Assembly (NCBI GenBank): GCA_937922045.1
Contig: CAKZXA010000019.1
Span: forward strand, 2,315 to 66,314
Source: an uncultured Acidimicrobiales bacterium
GTDB taxonomy: Bacteria; Actinomycetota; Acidimicrobiia; Acidimicrobiales; SZUA-35
Length of the DNA: 64,000 bases
Direction of reading: 5' to 3'
The notes below the pieces were generated by a model. It was not told the DNA's origin and searched no databases. It saw only the letters and a list, made by a program, of their open reading frames with translations. Position 1 is the first letter of the stretch. Every line of letters begins with the position of its first letter. This document shows positions 8,578-17,391 of the stretch, one piece after another. Made by a program: the position numbers and the translations under genes.

Positions 8578-9768
8578 GTGAGTCCTCTCGCCCAACCCGA
8601 GAATCGCTTTGACGACATTCCGTCGTCCGGTGCTTGGCGTGTGGGTGATCCGCCAGCGTGGCGTCAGTTCCTTCGGGTCGCCGGAGAAGGTCGGCGTTTC
8701 GCCTTGGAAGGCGGAGGATGCCTCGACGAGGTCGATGTGGCCTACGAGTCGTGGGGCACTCTCGACGCGGAAGCGTCGAACGCTGTGCTCGTTTGCCACG
8801 CCTTGACCGGAGACGCTCATGCTGCCGGCCCCTCGGGGCCTGGGCAGGCTGCGGCTGGCTGGTGGGACGATCTGATCGGCCCGGGCAAAGCTATCGACAC
8901 CGACCAGTTCTACGTCGTCTGCGCCAACGTTTTGGGAGGGTGTCAAGGGACGACGGGGCCAGCCTCGCCGCACCCCGACGATGGAGAGCCATATGGTTCT
9001 CGCTTTCCGATCGTTTCGGTGCGCGACACCGTGCGCACACAAGCAGCCTTGGCCGATGCCCTCGGGATTCGTCGTTGGGCCGCCGTTGTCGGCGGTTCGG
9101 TCGGAGGGATGCAGGCCATTGAATGGGCTGTTATGTATCCCGACCGGGTGGGCTCGATGATCAATATTGCCTCGGCGGTTTCGGCCAGCCCGCTTCAGAT
9201 TGGCTGGAGCATGGTCGGGCGTCTCGCCATCGTGCAGGATCCGAAATGGAGCGACGGCAATTACTACGATCAGGGCATCGGCGGGGGTCCGCATCTCGGC
9301 CTGATGCTGGCTCGTCGAATCGCCCAACTGCACTATCGGTCCGACCAGTCGTTTGCCGATCGCTTCGGGCGTAGCTCGGTCGACCGACTCGACAGCTTCA
9401 ACCTGTGGGACCGGTTTCAGATCGAGAGCTACCTCGACCATCACGGCCAGAAGTTGGCGAAGCGCTTCGACGCGAACACCTACTTGGTGCTGAACAAGGC
9501 TATGGATCTTCATGACATCGGGCGGGGTAGGGGAGGCTACGAGGCCGCTATTGCCCGGATTAGCTGCCCGTCGCTTGTCGTTTCGGTTTCGAGCGACGCA
9601 CTCTATACCCCACGTCAGCAGCGGGAGCTGCACAAGCTGCTCACCGAAGCCGGGGCTGAGGTGTGCTTTGAGACCATCGAATCCGACCACGGACACGATG
9701 GATTCTTGATCGAGTTCGATCAGCTCGAACCGGTGCTCGGCAAGTTCCTGGCCAAGCAAGCGCGTTAA
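8578..9768 (+). CDS. metX: homoserine O-acetyltransferase
   Basis: Contains NAVLVCHALTGDAHAAG and WWDDLIGPGKAIDTDQFYVVCANVLGGCQGTTGP, plus GGSVGGMQ (nucleophile elbow) and a C-terminal DHGHDGFL motif. The start is placed at GTG 8578; the raw ORF begins at 8464 and overlaps the methyltransferase. Confidence 0.85.
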   Translation: MSPLAQPENRFDDIPSSGAWRVGDPPAWRQFLRVAGEGRRFALEGGGCLDEVDVAYESWGTLDAEASNAVLVCHALTGDAHAAGPSGPGQAAAGWWDDLIGPGKAIDTDQFYVVCANVLGGCQGTTGPASPHPDDGEPYGSRFPIVSVRDTVRTQAALADALGIRRWAAVVGGSVGGMQAIEWAVMYPDRVGSMINIASAVSASPLQIGWSMVGRLAIVQDPKWSDGNYYDQGIGGGPHLGLMLARRIAQLHYRSDQSFADRFGRSSVDRLDSFNLWDRFQIESYLDHHGQKLAKRFDANTYLVLNKAMDLHDIGRGRGGYEAAIARISCPSLVVSVSSDALYTPRQQRELHKLLTEAGAEVCFETIESDHGHDGFLIEFDQLEPVLGKFLAKQAR

Positions 9769-9798
9769 GAACCCGAAAACCGAACGGACGAGAGCCCT

Positions 9799-10581
9799 GT
9801 GCCTGAAGGCGTCGAGATCGAGATGTACCGCCGGCATGCGGAACGAGCCGTTGGCCGTGTTGTCGAACAGGTCGAGACTCCTGACGCCTGGTATTTGAAG
9901 GGTGGAACGACGGGTGAGGACCTTGTCGACGGACTCGTTGGCGCCACTATCGACGCAACAGGGCGAATCGGCAAGCTGCTGCTGCTCGATGCATCATCAG
10001 GCCATCGGCTCGGGCTGCGGTTCGGCATGACGGGGCGGCTTCTGATCGATGAGGAAGCCTCGATCGAAGAGCTGGAGTATTCCTCGAGGCGCAATGATCC
10101 GGCATGGGACCGTTTCGCCCTGGTCTTCACGAATGGCGGCCGTCTAACCATGCGAGATCCTCGCCGTCTGGGTGGCGTAGAACTCGATCCTGACGAGTCG
10201 CGTCTCGGCCCCGATGCCTTCTCGATCACGGCTCGCCCGCTGCGTGAGCGTGTACTCGTCGGTGAGGTGGCGCTCAAGGCCCGCCTCCTCGATCAGTCGC
10301 GGATCGCCGGTGTCGGGAACCTGATTGCCGACGAGGTCTTGTGGCGGGCTGGACTCGATCCGGCCCGACCTGCAGGTGGGTTGAATGCCACCGAAGAGAA
10401 ACGCTTGTTGCGCAACCTGCGTCGGGTGTTGAGCGACTTCATGGAGCAGGGCGGTTCCCACACCGGGAAACTTCAGGTGGCGAGGGTTCGTGGTGGCCGA
10501 TGTCCCACCGATGGCGCCGAGCTGCTCAGACGCGAAGTGGGCGGCCGCACGACCTACTCGTGTCCTGCGCATCAGGGTTGA
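9799..10581 (+). CDS. nei: Fpg/Nei family DNA glycosylase / AP lyase (endonuclease VIII-like)
   Basis: N-terminus MPEGVEIE carries the catalytic Pro2-Glu3. The C-terminus has a zinc finger (CPTDG...YSCPAHQ). Confidence 0.8.
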   Translation: MPEGVEIEMYRRHAERAVGRVVEQVETPDAWYLKGGTTGEDLVDGLVGATIDATGRIGKLLLLDASSGHRLGLRFGMTGRLLIDEEASIEELEYSSRRNDPAWDRFALVFTNGGRLTMRDPRRLGGVELDPDESRLGPDAFSITARPLRERVLVGEVALKARLLDQSRIAGVGNLIADEVLWRAGLDPARPAGGLNATEEKRLLRNLRRVLSDFMEQGGSHTGKLQVARVRGGRCPTDGAELLRREVGGRTTYSCPAHQG

Positions 10582-10592
10582 ATCTGGCGTGG

Positions 10593-10620
10593 TTAGGGCC
10601 GACCCGGCCGACGGCCCTAA
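10593..10620 (+). terminator. stem-loop 12 nt after the nei stop (9-bp stem TTAGGGCCG/CGGCCCTAA, 10-nt loop)
   Basis: Perfect inverted repeat read directly. There is no clear U-tract. Confidence 0.45.
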
Positions 10621-10654
10621 ATCGGATCTAACGACGGCCCTAAATCGGATCTAA
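10609..10654. repeat. perfect 2 x 23-bp tandem duplication (CGACGGCCCTAAATCGGATCTAA)
   Basis: Read directly. Copy 1 contains the 3' arm of the hairpin at 10593-10620. Confidence 0.95.
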
Positions 10655-10771
10655 ATGGTGTAGATTTGGCTCATCGTGTTCGCCGCCGCCGATGTTTTCC
10701 TTTCCGCGCTACCCGAGGCCTCTGACGCCCTCGCTCGCGGCCTCAGCGCCTCTTCGCGGCCCCAGGCTTCC

Positions 10772-11269
10772 ATGTCGATGTTGCTGCTGGCTGTCGAGGC
10801 TGATCGAACGCGCACGTCGATAACGCTCCTGGCGTTGGCCCTGATCGGGATTGCGTTCTGCCTCACGATCTTGACCGCCTGGTACTGGCGATACACCGAT
10901 CCTGCCCGCGTCGAACAGGCTGGTGACCGTGGCGAAGCTTACGCTGGGGGAGGGGGAGAGCAGCTGTCGGATGCTGACGCTGCCGAAGCGTCACGTGAGG
11001 ATCGCCAGCAGGATGCCCTCGATGCTGATGCCTGGTTAATGGCCCACGACCAGCTCGATGAACGTGTTGGTGCCTCCACCAATGGCGGGCCAGCAGTAGC
11101 GGTGGATGCCGAACAGTTTCTCGGCGAGACCGCATCGAGCGAAGACCCGGATCTGGACGATGAGTTCACCGGTCTGGAGAGCGAAGTTTGGACAGCCATC
11201 GCTGATGCCGTGCTGCGTCAAGCCTCTGAGGTGCCGGTGAGCTCAGAACAGCCGACACCCTCGGGCTGA
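10772..11269 (+). CDS. hypothetical single-pass membrane protein with acidic C-terminal tail
   Basis: ORF with one hydrophobic helix (ITLLALALIGIAFCLTILTAWYW) followed by a D/E-rich tail. No family was recognised, and the start is uncertain (10676 or 10772). Confidence 0.4.
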   Translation: MSMLLLAVEADRTRTSITLLALALIGIAFCLTILTAWYWRYTDPARVEQAGDRGEAYAGGGGEQLSDADAAEASREDRQQDALDADAWLMAHDQLDERVGASTNGGPAVAVDAEQFLGETASSEDPDLDDEFTGLESEVWTAIADAVLRQASEVPVSSEQPTPSG

Positions 11270-11358
11270 ACAAGCTGCTCCGCCTCGCGCGGGGTGGAGA
11301 TGTTGTGCCAGGGTCGTCAGCGGCCATGAGCGTCACCAGGTCGGGCTAACGTGAGGGG

Positions 11359-11586
11359 ATGGAAGCAGGATTTGATCCCGAGGCGATGATCGTCAGATTC
11401 AAAGAGCGGGCGGCGGCGGTGAAGAAGCGCAACCTACCTCCGGTGGGAGGCGAGGAACGCCAGATGTTCATCAAACAGGCTGAAGAAGACTTCATGGATT
11501 TCGCCGTCATTGGCGACGCTGATGCCTCGTTCACCGAAGGTGTGCTCACGCTTACCATCGATCTCCGACCGCCGGGTGAGGCCTGA
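11359..11586 (+). CDS. small hypothetical protein (75 aa)
   Basis: Intact ORF with codon usage similar to its neighbours. No motif was recognised. Confidence 0.4.
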   Translation: MEAGFDPEAMIVRFKERAAAVKKRNLPPVGGEERQMFIKQAEEDFMDFAVIGDADASFTEGVLTLTIDLRPPGEA

Positions 11587-11650
11587 ACATCGCCGGCTGG
11601 AAGCCAGAGGGAAACTCCCGAAATCGACGTTTAGATCGCCGCGGGGGCGC

Positions 11651-11656
11651 TATAGT
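11651..11656 (+). promoter_or_regulatory. candidate -10 box (TATAGT) for tRNA-Gly
   Basis: TATAGT ends 12 nt upstream of the mature tRNA 5' end. Confidence 0.3.
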
Positions 11657-11668
11657 TAAATCGGTCAT

Positions 11669-11744
11669 GCGGACGTAGCTCAGCTGGTAGAGCATCACCT
11701 TGCCAAGGTGAGGGTCGCGGGTTCAAATCTCGTCGTCCGCTCCA
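11669..11744 (+). tRNA. tRNA-Gly (anticodon GCC), CCA encoded
   Basis: Cloverleaf folded by hand: acceptor GCGGACG/CGTCCGC, anticodon arm TCACC-TTGCCAA-GGTGA, T-loop TTCAAAT, 3' CCA. Confidence 0.9.
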
Positions 11745-11758
11745 GAAGGTAGACAAGA

Positions 11759-11793
11759 GGCTGGGTCTTCGGACCCGGCCGCTTGCCTTTTTT
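11759..11793 (+). terminator. hairpin (9-bp stem, UUCG loop) followed by T6
   Basis: GGCTGGGTC-TTCG-GACCCGGCC, then GCTTGCC and TTTTTT. The 7-nt spacer before the T-run is atypical. Confidence 0.5.
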
Positions 11794-11829
11794 GGGCCAC
11801 CTCTGTTCGAACTGTCAAACGTCCATGGG

Positions 11830-11835
11830 TAGGAT
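11830..11835 (+). promoter_or_regulatory. candidate -10 box (TAGGAT) giving a leaderless transcript for the nitronate monooxygenase gene
   Basis: TAGGAT is followed by 6 nt and then ATG 11842. Confidence 0.35.
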
Positions 11836-11841
11836 CGATCT

Positions 11842-12951
11842 ATGTCGACAGACGAACTGCTTGGCCGGCGGCTTTGCGAAGTGCTGTCGATCGAGGCCCC
11901 CATTGTGCAGTCGGGTATGGCGGGTGTGGCCGGCATCGATCTCGTCACCGCTGTTTCTAACTCGGGCGGTCTTGGTGTCATGGCCGCTCTCAGGGTTCAG
12001 CCCGAGGTCTTGCGGGATTCGATCAGGCTGATCCGCCAAGCCACATCCAAGCCGTTCGGCGTCAACATCTGGCTACACAGCGACGTCCGGACATCGCCCA
12101 ACCCGGCCGAGATTCCCGAGGACGTTGTGCGAGGTTCGCAGACGGTCTTGAATCACTTCCGACCGCGCTTTGATCTGCCATCCACACTTGAACGACCACC
12201 ATCTCCTACCGACATGATCGACGCGGCTTTGGAGGTCATGATCGAGGAGCGGATTCCCGTTTTCTCGGCTGGCCTTGGTGTACCCGAGGCCGACTTGGTC
12301 GAGCGGTTCCACAGGGTTGGAACGAAGGTTCTCAGCATGGTGGCAACCGTCGAGGATGGCGAGGCCGCCGTTGCCAACGGTGTCGATGTTGTGGTTGCTC
12401 AGGGTGGCGAGTCGGGTGGGCATCGAAGCTACGGCCACAAGCTCGGACGCCAGAACGCTATGGGCACGAGTTGCCTTGTGCTGATCCCGGCCATGGTTGA
12501 CGCAGTCGGGGCCGAGGTGCCCGTCGTGGCCTCCGGTGGCGTGATCGATGGTCGAGGGCTCGCTGCGATGGTCGCCCTCGGGGCTGACGGGGTGTTGATG
12601 GGGACGCGGTTCGTAGCAACACGGGAGTCGGCCGCAGCTCAGGTTTGGAAGAATCGTCTCACGACCGGCAGTCGGACGACGACCTTAACCGATGGTTTTA
12701 CTGGCCAATGGGCCCGGGTGCTGACCTCGGAGTTTACGAACCACTGGGCCGACTCGGGAGCAGAGGCGCTTCCTGGCTTGCTCCAGTCTGCGGCCGGAAG
12801 CGACCTTTTCGGCGCCGCCAAGCGAGCTGACGACGATCAGATGCAACCGCTCTATGCTGGCGCCGCCGTTGCCCAACTCTCTGGCATCCTGTCGGCCGCC
12901 GAGGTGGTTAGCTCGACCGTCGAAAGCGCCAGAAACATCCTGGGACGCTGA
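11842..12951 (+). CDS. nitronate monooxygenase (NMO / FabK-like FMN oxidoreductase)
   Basis: IVQSGMAGVAG, SNSGGLGVMA and VVAQGGESGGH motifs. Confidence 0.8.
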   Translation: MSTDELLGRRLCEVLSIEAPIVQSGMAGVAGIDLVTAVSNSGGLGVMAALRVQPEVLRDSIRLIRQATSKPFGVNIWLHSDVRTSPNPAEIPEDVVRGSQTVLNHFRPRFDLPSTLERPPSPTDMIDAALEVMIEERIPVFSAGLGVPEADLVERFHRVGTKVLSMVATVEDGEAAVANGVDVVVAQGGESGGHRSYGHKLGRQNAMGTSCLVLIPAMVDAVGAEVPVVASGGVIDGRGLAAMVALGADGVLMGTRFVATRESAAAQVWKNRLTTGSRTTTLTDGFTGQWARVLTSEFTNHWADSGAEALPGLLQSAAGSDLFGAAKRADDDQMQPLYAGAAVAQLSGILSAAEVVSSTVESARNILGR

Positions 12952-13052
12952 ACGAGCGTCAACCCGATCCCTCACTCCAGAGATCTTGTCGCCACCGGTC
13001 GCCGCGTCGGATGGGCAGGAATCGGGATTAGGATTTGCTGCGGTGGATAGTC

Positions 13053-13074
13053 GAAAGGACAGTGAAAGGACAGT
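13053..13074. repeat. perfect 2 x 11-bp tandem repeat (GAAAGGACAGT) immediately upstream of GTG 13078
   Basis: Read directly. Each copy carries an AAAGGA Shine-Dalgarno-like core. Confidence 0.95.
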
Positions 13075-13077
13075 GGC

Positions 13078-14658
13078 GTGACGCGAATTGGTATCAAAAG
13101 CAGCGCGGCAACCTTGGGCATTGTCCTTCTCATACTGCTGTCTGGCTGCGGTAGCGACGAAACAGCGCAGCCGATCGTCGTTCCGACGACGGTCGCTGAC
13201 GAGGCCGAATCTGGCCCTGGCGAAGGTGACGACGTGGATGCAGCCGAAGCTGTGGCTGTCGACGACGAGGTTGATCCGGCCCAGTCTCAAGCGGAGCAGC
13301 TGGAGGCGTTGGAAGAGCTTTGGGCTGAACAGCGCGGCCTCATCGCCGACCAGGTCGTTGCTAGCGGTTGGGGGCTCGACGAAGATGGGGAGACGGTCAG
13401 AGGCCCTGGAGGGTGGGAAATCGACCTCGGCCGATGCCCGACCGACTGGGAGGATGCTGTCGGTGTCGACGATGGCAAGATCCAGATCCTGCAATCGCTT
13501 GCCCTCACCGGCGAGCTCGGGGTGTACGGCGACTTTGGCACGGGCATGCAGGTCTACTTCGACCACGTCAACGACAGCGGCGGCATCGATGGCGTCATGA
13601 TCGATTACGTGCAACGCAACGACGAGTACATCACGACCAAAACGATCGAGGTGATCGAAGACGCGCTGGACGAGGACGAGACCCCCTTCGCGGTTTCAAC
13701 CCTCGGAACACCCAACAGCTTGGCCGTCTACGACGACCTCAACGACGCCTGTATTCCTCATCCTTTCGTGATGTCGGGTCATCCGGCGTGGGGCGATCCT
13801 TCAAACCATCCCTGGACGACTGGTGCGCAGCTTTCTTTCTCATCTGAAGCGATCTTGTGGGGTCGTTGGCTGAAGCAAAACATGGCTTCTGAGCTGCCCT
13901 TGAAGGTGGCTGGTCTCGTTATCGACAACGATTTCGGATCGGTCTACGAAGATGCCTTCTCGCAGTGGGCTGAAGACAATACCGACGTTGTCTCTGAGTT
14001 CATCGGTGTACGTCACGACCCGTCGGCCTCATCGATTGATGATGAGATCGACGAGATCGCTGCGTCCAACCCCGACGTCTTTATCGCCATGACGACCGGT
14101 GCACCGTGCCGGTTGGCGGTGGAGCAGGCCGCTGATTCAGGGCTCTCGGCAGCCGCCGACGTACGGTTCATGCCGTCGGTGTGTAAGGACCCCGTGCGTT
14201 ACATGGCACCGGCAGGCGAGGATGCTAATGGATTCCTTGTTGTTGGCGGCGGTCTGAAGTCCACCACCGACCCTCAGTACGCATCGGAGACCTTCGTAGC
14301 CTTTATAAACCGCCTCATTGCCGAAGCGGGCTACGACCCAGCGAACGGCTTGATTGGAACGGGCGCAGGCTTCTTTGGCTGGAACCACGTCGAGGCCTTG
14401 CGGCTGGCGGCTGAGCTGCCGGGCGGGTTGACGCGGTCGAACCTTGCGTTGGCAACCCGGGTCTTCGATCTTGAACACCCGATGATGTTGTCGGGTATCG
14501 CCTTCAGCACCGAGGGAAGTTTCGATTCCTTCTTTATCGAAGGCTCCGAGTTCAGCCGCTACGACGCCAGCGTGCAGTCCTGGGTCCGTGAGGGGCGCAT
14601 CATCGATGTGAACGGTGTTTCCCCAAATTGTGCCTGGGGGCGGCGAGGGTGCAGTTGA
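13078..14658 (+). CDS. ABC transporter substrate-binding lipoprotein (type-I PBP, branched-chain amino acid-binding-like)
   Basis: Signal peptide with lipobox LLSGC. Overall it resembles Leu/Ile/Val-binding family proteins. No permease or ATPase genes are adjacent. Confidence 0.6.
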   Translation: MTRIGIKSSAATLGIVLLILLSGCGSDETAQPIVVPTTVADEAESGPGEGDDVDAAEAVAVDDEVDPAQSQAEQLEALEELWAEQRGLIADQVVASGWGLDEDGETVRGPGGWEIDLGRCPTDWEDAVGVDDGKIQILQSLALTGELGVYGDFGTGMQVYFDHVNDSGGIDGVMIDYVQRNDEYITTKTIEVIEDALDEDETPFAVSTLGTPNSLAVYDDLNDACIPHPFVMSGHPAWGDPSNHPWTTGAQLSFSSEAILWGRWLKQNMASELPLKVAGLVIDNDFGSVYEDAFSQWAEDNTDVVSEFIGVRHDPSASSIDDEIDEIAASNPDVFIAMTTGAPCRLAVEQAADSGLSAAADVRFMPSVCKDPVRYMAPAGEDANGFLVVGGGLKSTTDPQYASETFVAFINRLIAEAGYDPANGLIGTGAGFFGWNHVEALRLAAELPGGLTRSNLALATRVFDLEHPMMLSGIAFSTEGSFDSFFIEGSEFSRYDASVQSWVREGRIIDVNGVSPNCAWGRRGCS

Positions 14659-15940
14659 GCCCCCGTCGAACAACGTCGCAAGATCGACACCTCGCTGTAA
14701 ACTAGCGCTCGTGGGACTAGAGGTACGAGACGAAGGGCGAGCCCAGGCAGCTCTTCTAGCGCGGCGCTGCACGCTTCGGTCTGACCCCGACCTGATCGAG
14801 CAACTGGCAGGGCTGTCACGAGATGAGGCTATTTCTGCTGTCTTGAACGTCGAGCCGGATACGTCAACCGCTCCCCGTTCGGACAAGAGCGACAAAATCA
14901 TGGAATGGTGGTTTACCCGCATCCGTGACACGCCGAAGTCGCTCCAGGATCGGATGACCTTCTTCTGGCATTCGATCATCCCGACCCACCGCTACAGCGT
15001 GGGTCAACAAGAGCTGATCGCCTACCAACTCGACATGATCCGAGCGAACGCGCTCGGCAATTTTCGAGAGCTCCTCCACGGCTTCATCAGCGATGGTGCC
15101 ATGCTCCTCTATCTCGATGCCGACAATTCGAGTGGGAAACGGCCAAACGAGAACCTGGCCCGGGAATTGATGGAGCTGTTTACCATCGGGGTCGGGCAAT
15201 ACAAGGAACAAGACGTTAGGGCTGCTGCTCTGGCCATGTCCGGTTGGCGGGTCGACAAGGACAACCAGAAGGTCACCCTCGACACCGAGCGGATGTACGG
15301 GCAGCCGGTTACCTTCCTCGGCGATACCGCCACCTGGGATGCGCACACCATCGTCGATCGCCTCTGTGACCATCCCGCCACGGCTGCTCGCATCGGTTCG
15401 ATGGTGTGGTATCACTTCACCGGCAAAGCCTTGGGTTCCGACGCACGCACCGAGCTTGGCTCATGGTGGCAAGGTCAAAACCTCGACGTCGGCCCGCTCC
15501 TCGACCGCATTGTGCGATCTGAGGCATTCTGGGCCGATCACTACGCCCGCCCCCGCACCGGCTTCGAGTACTACACGGCCGCTCAGAAGATTCTCCAGTT
15601 TGAGCCTGAGAAGGTTTGGCGGGCTCGGAGCCTCGGCCAGATGCCCTATGAGCCGCCAAACGTCGGTGGTTGGCCGATCGGCGATCGCTGGCTAAGTCCC
15701 GATTCTGTCTTGCGTCGCGGTGAGCAGATGTTCAGCATCAGCCTTGAAAGGATCAGGGATGATCTTAAAACCACCACCGTCGACGATGTCCTCACCGCCT
15801 GCGGGATGTGGGTGATAAGCGATGAGACGCGCTCAGCCCTAACCAACCTTGACTCCTATCTCGATGACCTTGGACCCGACGCAGTTGGCCAGCTTCGCTG
15901 GCGAGTAGCGTTGAGTAGCCCGGAGTTCCAGCTGCAATGA
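14615..15940 (+). CDS. DUF1800 family protein
   Basis: FFWHSIIPTH and LMELFTIGVG-type motifs resemble DUF1800. The start is uncertain (14615 overlaps the upstream gene; in-frame GTG 14711 is an alternative). Confidence 0.6.
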   Translation: MFPQIVPGGGEGAVEPPSNNVARSTPRCKLALVGLEVRDEGRAQAALLARRCTLRSDPDLIEQLAGLSRDEAISAVLNVEPDTSTAPRSDKSDKIMEWWFTRIRDTPKSLQDRMTFFWHSIIPTHRYSVGQQELIAYQLDMIRANALGNFRELLHGFISDGAMLLYLDADNSSGKRPNENLARELMELFTIGVGQYKEQDVRAAALAMSGWRVDKDNQKVTLDTERMYGQPVTFLGDTATWDAHTIVDRLCDHPATAARIGSMVWYHFTGKALGSDARTELGSWWQGQNLDVGPLLDRIVRSEAFWADHYARPRTGFEYYTAAQKILQFEPEKVWRARSLGQMPYEPPNVGGWPIGDRWLSPDSVLRRGEQMFSISLERIRDDLKTTTVDDVLTACGMWVISDETRSALTNLDSYLDDLGPDAVGQLRWRVALSSPEFQLQ

Positions 15941-17382
15941 CCGACCAACTGCTCAGCCCCGAGGAATTGACTGAATCACCTGAATCGATGATTTCGTCGT
16001 ACCACGATCTCGACTACGGCGGTCACCTCGTCGATGAGGTCAGCGCGGAACAGCTTGTCTCCACCACCCGGCGTCGCCTCGTTCTGGGCCTCGCCGTCGG
16101 CGGGTTGGCTGGCTATGGCGTTTTTCGGTACACGAAGTCGGCCATCTCGTCAGACCCGCTCAAATCAGAGCTGGCTGGAGCATCGACCGCGGTTGAAGAC
16201 GCCGCCGGGCCGGTGCTCAGCGTGGGCGACACGATGGAGGTCGAGCAGCCCCTGCCGGTTGCCGATCCAGAACTCCTAACCCCAGCTCCCTTCGATCAGC
16301 GTGTCCTAGTCCTGATCGAACTTGAAGGTGGCAACGATGGCCAATCGACCGTCGTGCCCTATCAAGCTGGTGCCTTTCACGATCTCCGGGGCAACCTTGT
16401 GCCTGAGGTCGGTGCTGTTCATGCCTTCGACGACGAGGTTGGGCTCCATCCAAACCTGGGTCAGCTGGCTCAGCGCCAGATGGCAATCGTTGAGGGTGTA
16501 GGCCCGGTCGACGGTGTTCTCTCTCACTTCGTGATGGCCGAACGTTGGGGCATGGGCAATATGGCAGGCGAAGGCGGCGTGCGGGCCGGGTTTCTTGCCC
16601 GCCTAGCTGACGCTGTCGATACGGGCGCTGCCGTCACCGGTCTTTCGGTAGCTGGCTACACCCCTCGTTTCAATCAGTCGGATGCGGCGGTTCTGTCGCT
16701 TGAACGTCCGAACCAGCTGAACTATCTGACAAAGAGCGATTGGATCTACCCGGCCTATCGACGCAGTGTGGGTGCGATCGGTGGAGGACCCATGGCATCG
16801 CGCCTGACCAACTCCTGGAACCAGATCTTCTCGATCGGCCGGTCTATGGGAGCGGTCAGCAACGCTGATGACTCAGAATCGCCGATGGTTAAGGAAGGCA
16901 GAGACCTCGGTCGGCAGCTGCTGATGGCGGCCACCGCCATCAAGGCCGATATCGGTGTGCGGGTTGTGCACGCCAGACTGTCCGGCTTCGATACCCACGA
17001 TGGTCACAAGGGCCGACACGACCGCCTCATGGGCATGCTCGATGCTGCGGTCGGTGGGTTCCTGAGCCGGATGGATGATGCCGGCTTGGCCGACCGAGTG
17101 TTGGTGGCCACCTCGAGTGAGTTTGGTCGGCGGGGTAAGGCGAACGGTGGCGGGCTCGACCATGGTTCGGCATCCAACATGCTGTTGTTCGGGCCGGTTT
17201 CGCCGGGTCGCTATGGCGAACCGTCACCTCTGGGAGACCTCGATCGCCAAGGGAACTTCAAGACCACTATTCCCTTCGATCGCTATCTCGCCACGTTGGC
17301 CCAAGATTGGCTGGGCGTCGACGCTGCATCGGTCTTGGCGAATGGGCCTGAGGGTCTTGGCTTGTTCGTCCCTGCTGGCTAG
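15937..17382 (+). CDS. DUF1501 family protein (sulfatase/alkaline-phosphatase-like, Tat-type signal)
   Basis: Twin-arginine-like TRRRLVLGL, plus GGNDG, GFDTHDGH and SEFGRR motifs. The ATGA start/stop overlap with the DUF1800 gene suggests translational coupling. Confidence 0.65.
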   Translation: MTDQLLSPEELTESPESMISSYHDLDYGGHLVDEVSAEQLVSTTRRRLVLGLAVGGLAGYGVFRYTKSAISSDPLKSELAGASTAVEDAAGPVLSVGDTMEVEQPLPVADPELLTPAPFDQRVLVLIELEGGNDGQSTVVPYQAGAFHDLRGNLVPEVGAVHAFDDEVGLHPNLGQLAQRQMAIVEGVGPVDGVLSHFVMAERWGMGNMAGEGGVRAGFLARLADAVDTGAAVTGLSVAGYTPRFNQSDAAVLSLERPNQLNYLTKSDWIYPAYRRSVGAIGGGPMASRLTNSWNQIFSIGRSMGAVSNADDSESPMVKEGRDLGRQLLMAATAIKADIGVRVVHARLSGFDTHDGHKGRHDRLMGMLDAAVGGFLSRMDDAGLADRVLVATSSEFGRRGKANGGGLDHGSASNMLLFGPVSPGRYGEPSPLGDLDRQGNFKTTIPFDRYLATLAQDWLGVDAASVLANGPEGLGLFVPAG

Positions 17383-17391
17383 GACTTCTCG

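Noticed and set aside
8497-9837. 446-aa minus-strand ORF antisense to metX
   Set aside because: It is fully overlapped by a gene with clear MetX motifs. Its translation is Arg/Pro/Gly-rich with no recognisable motif, which is typical of antisense frames in high-GC DNA.
12685-13614. 309-aa minus-strand ORF overlapping the NMO 3' end and the SBP lipoprotein gene
   Set aside because: No motifs. It overlaps two well-supported plus-strand genes. High-GC antisense artefact.
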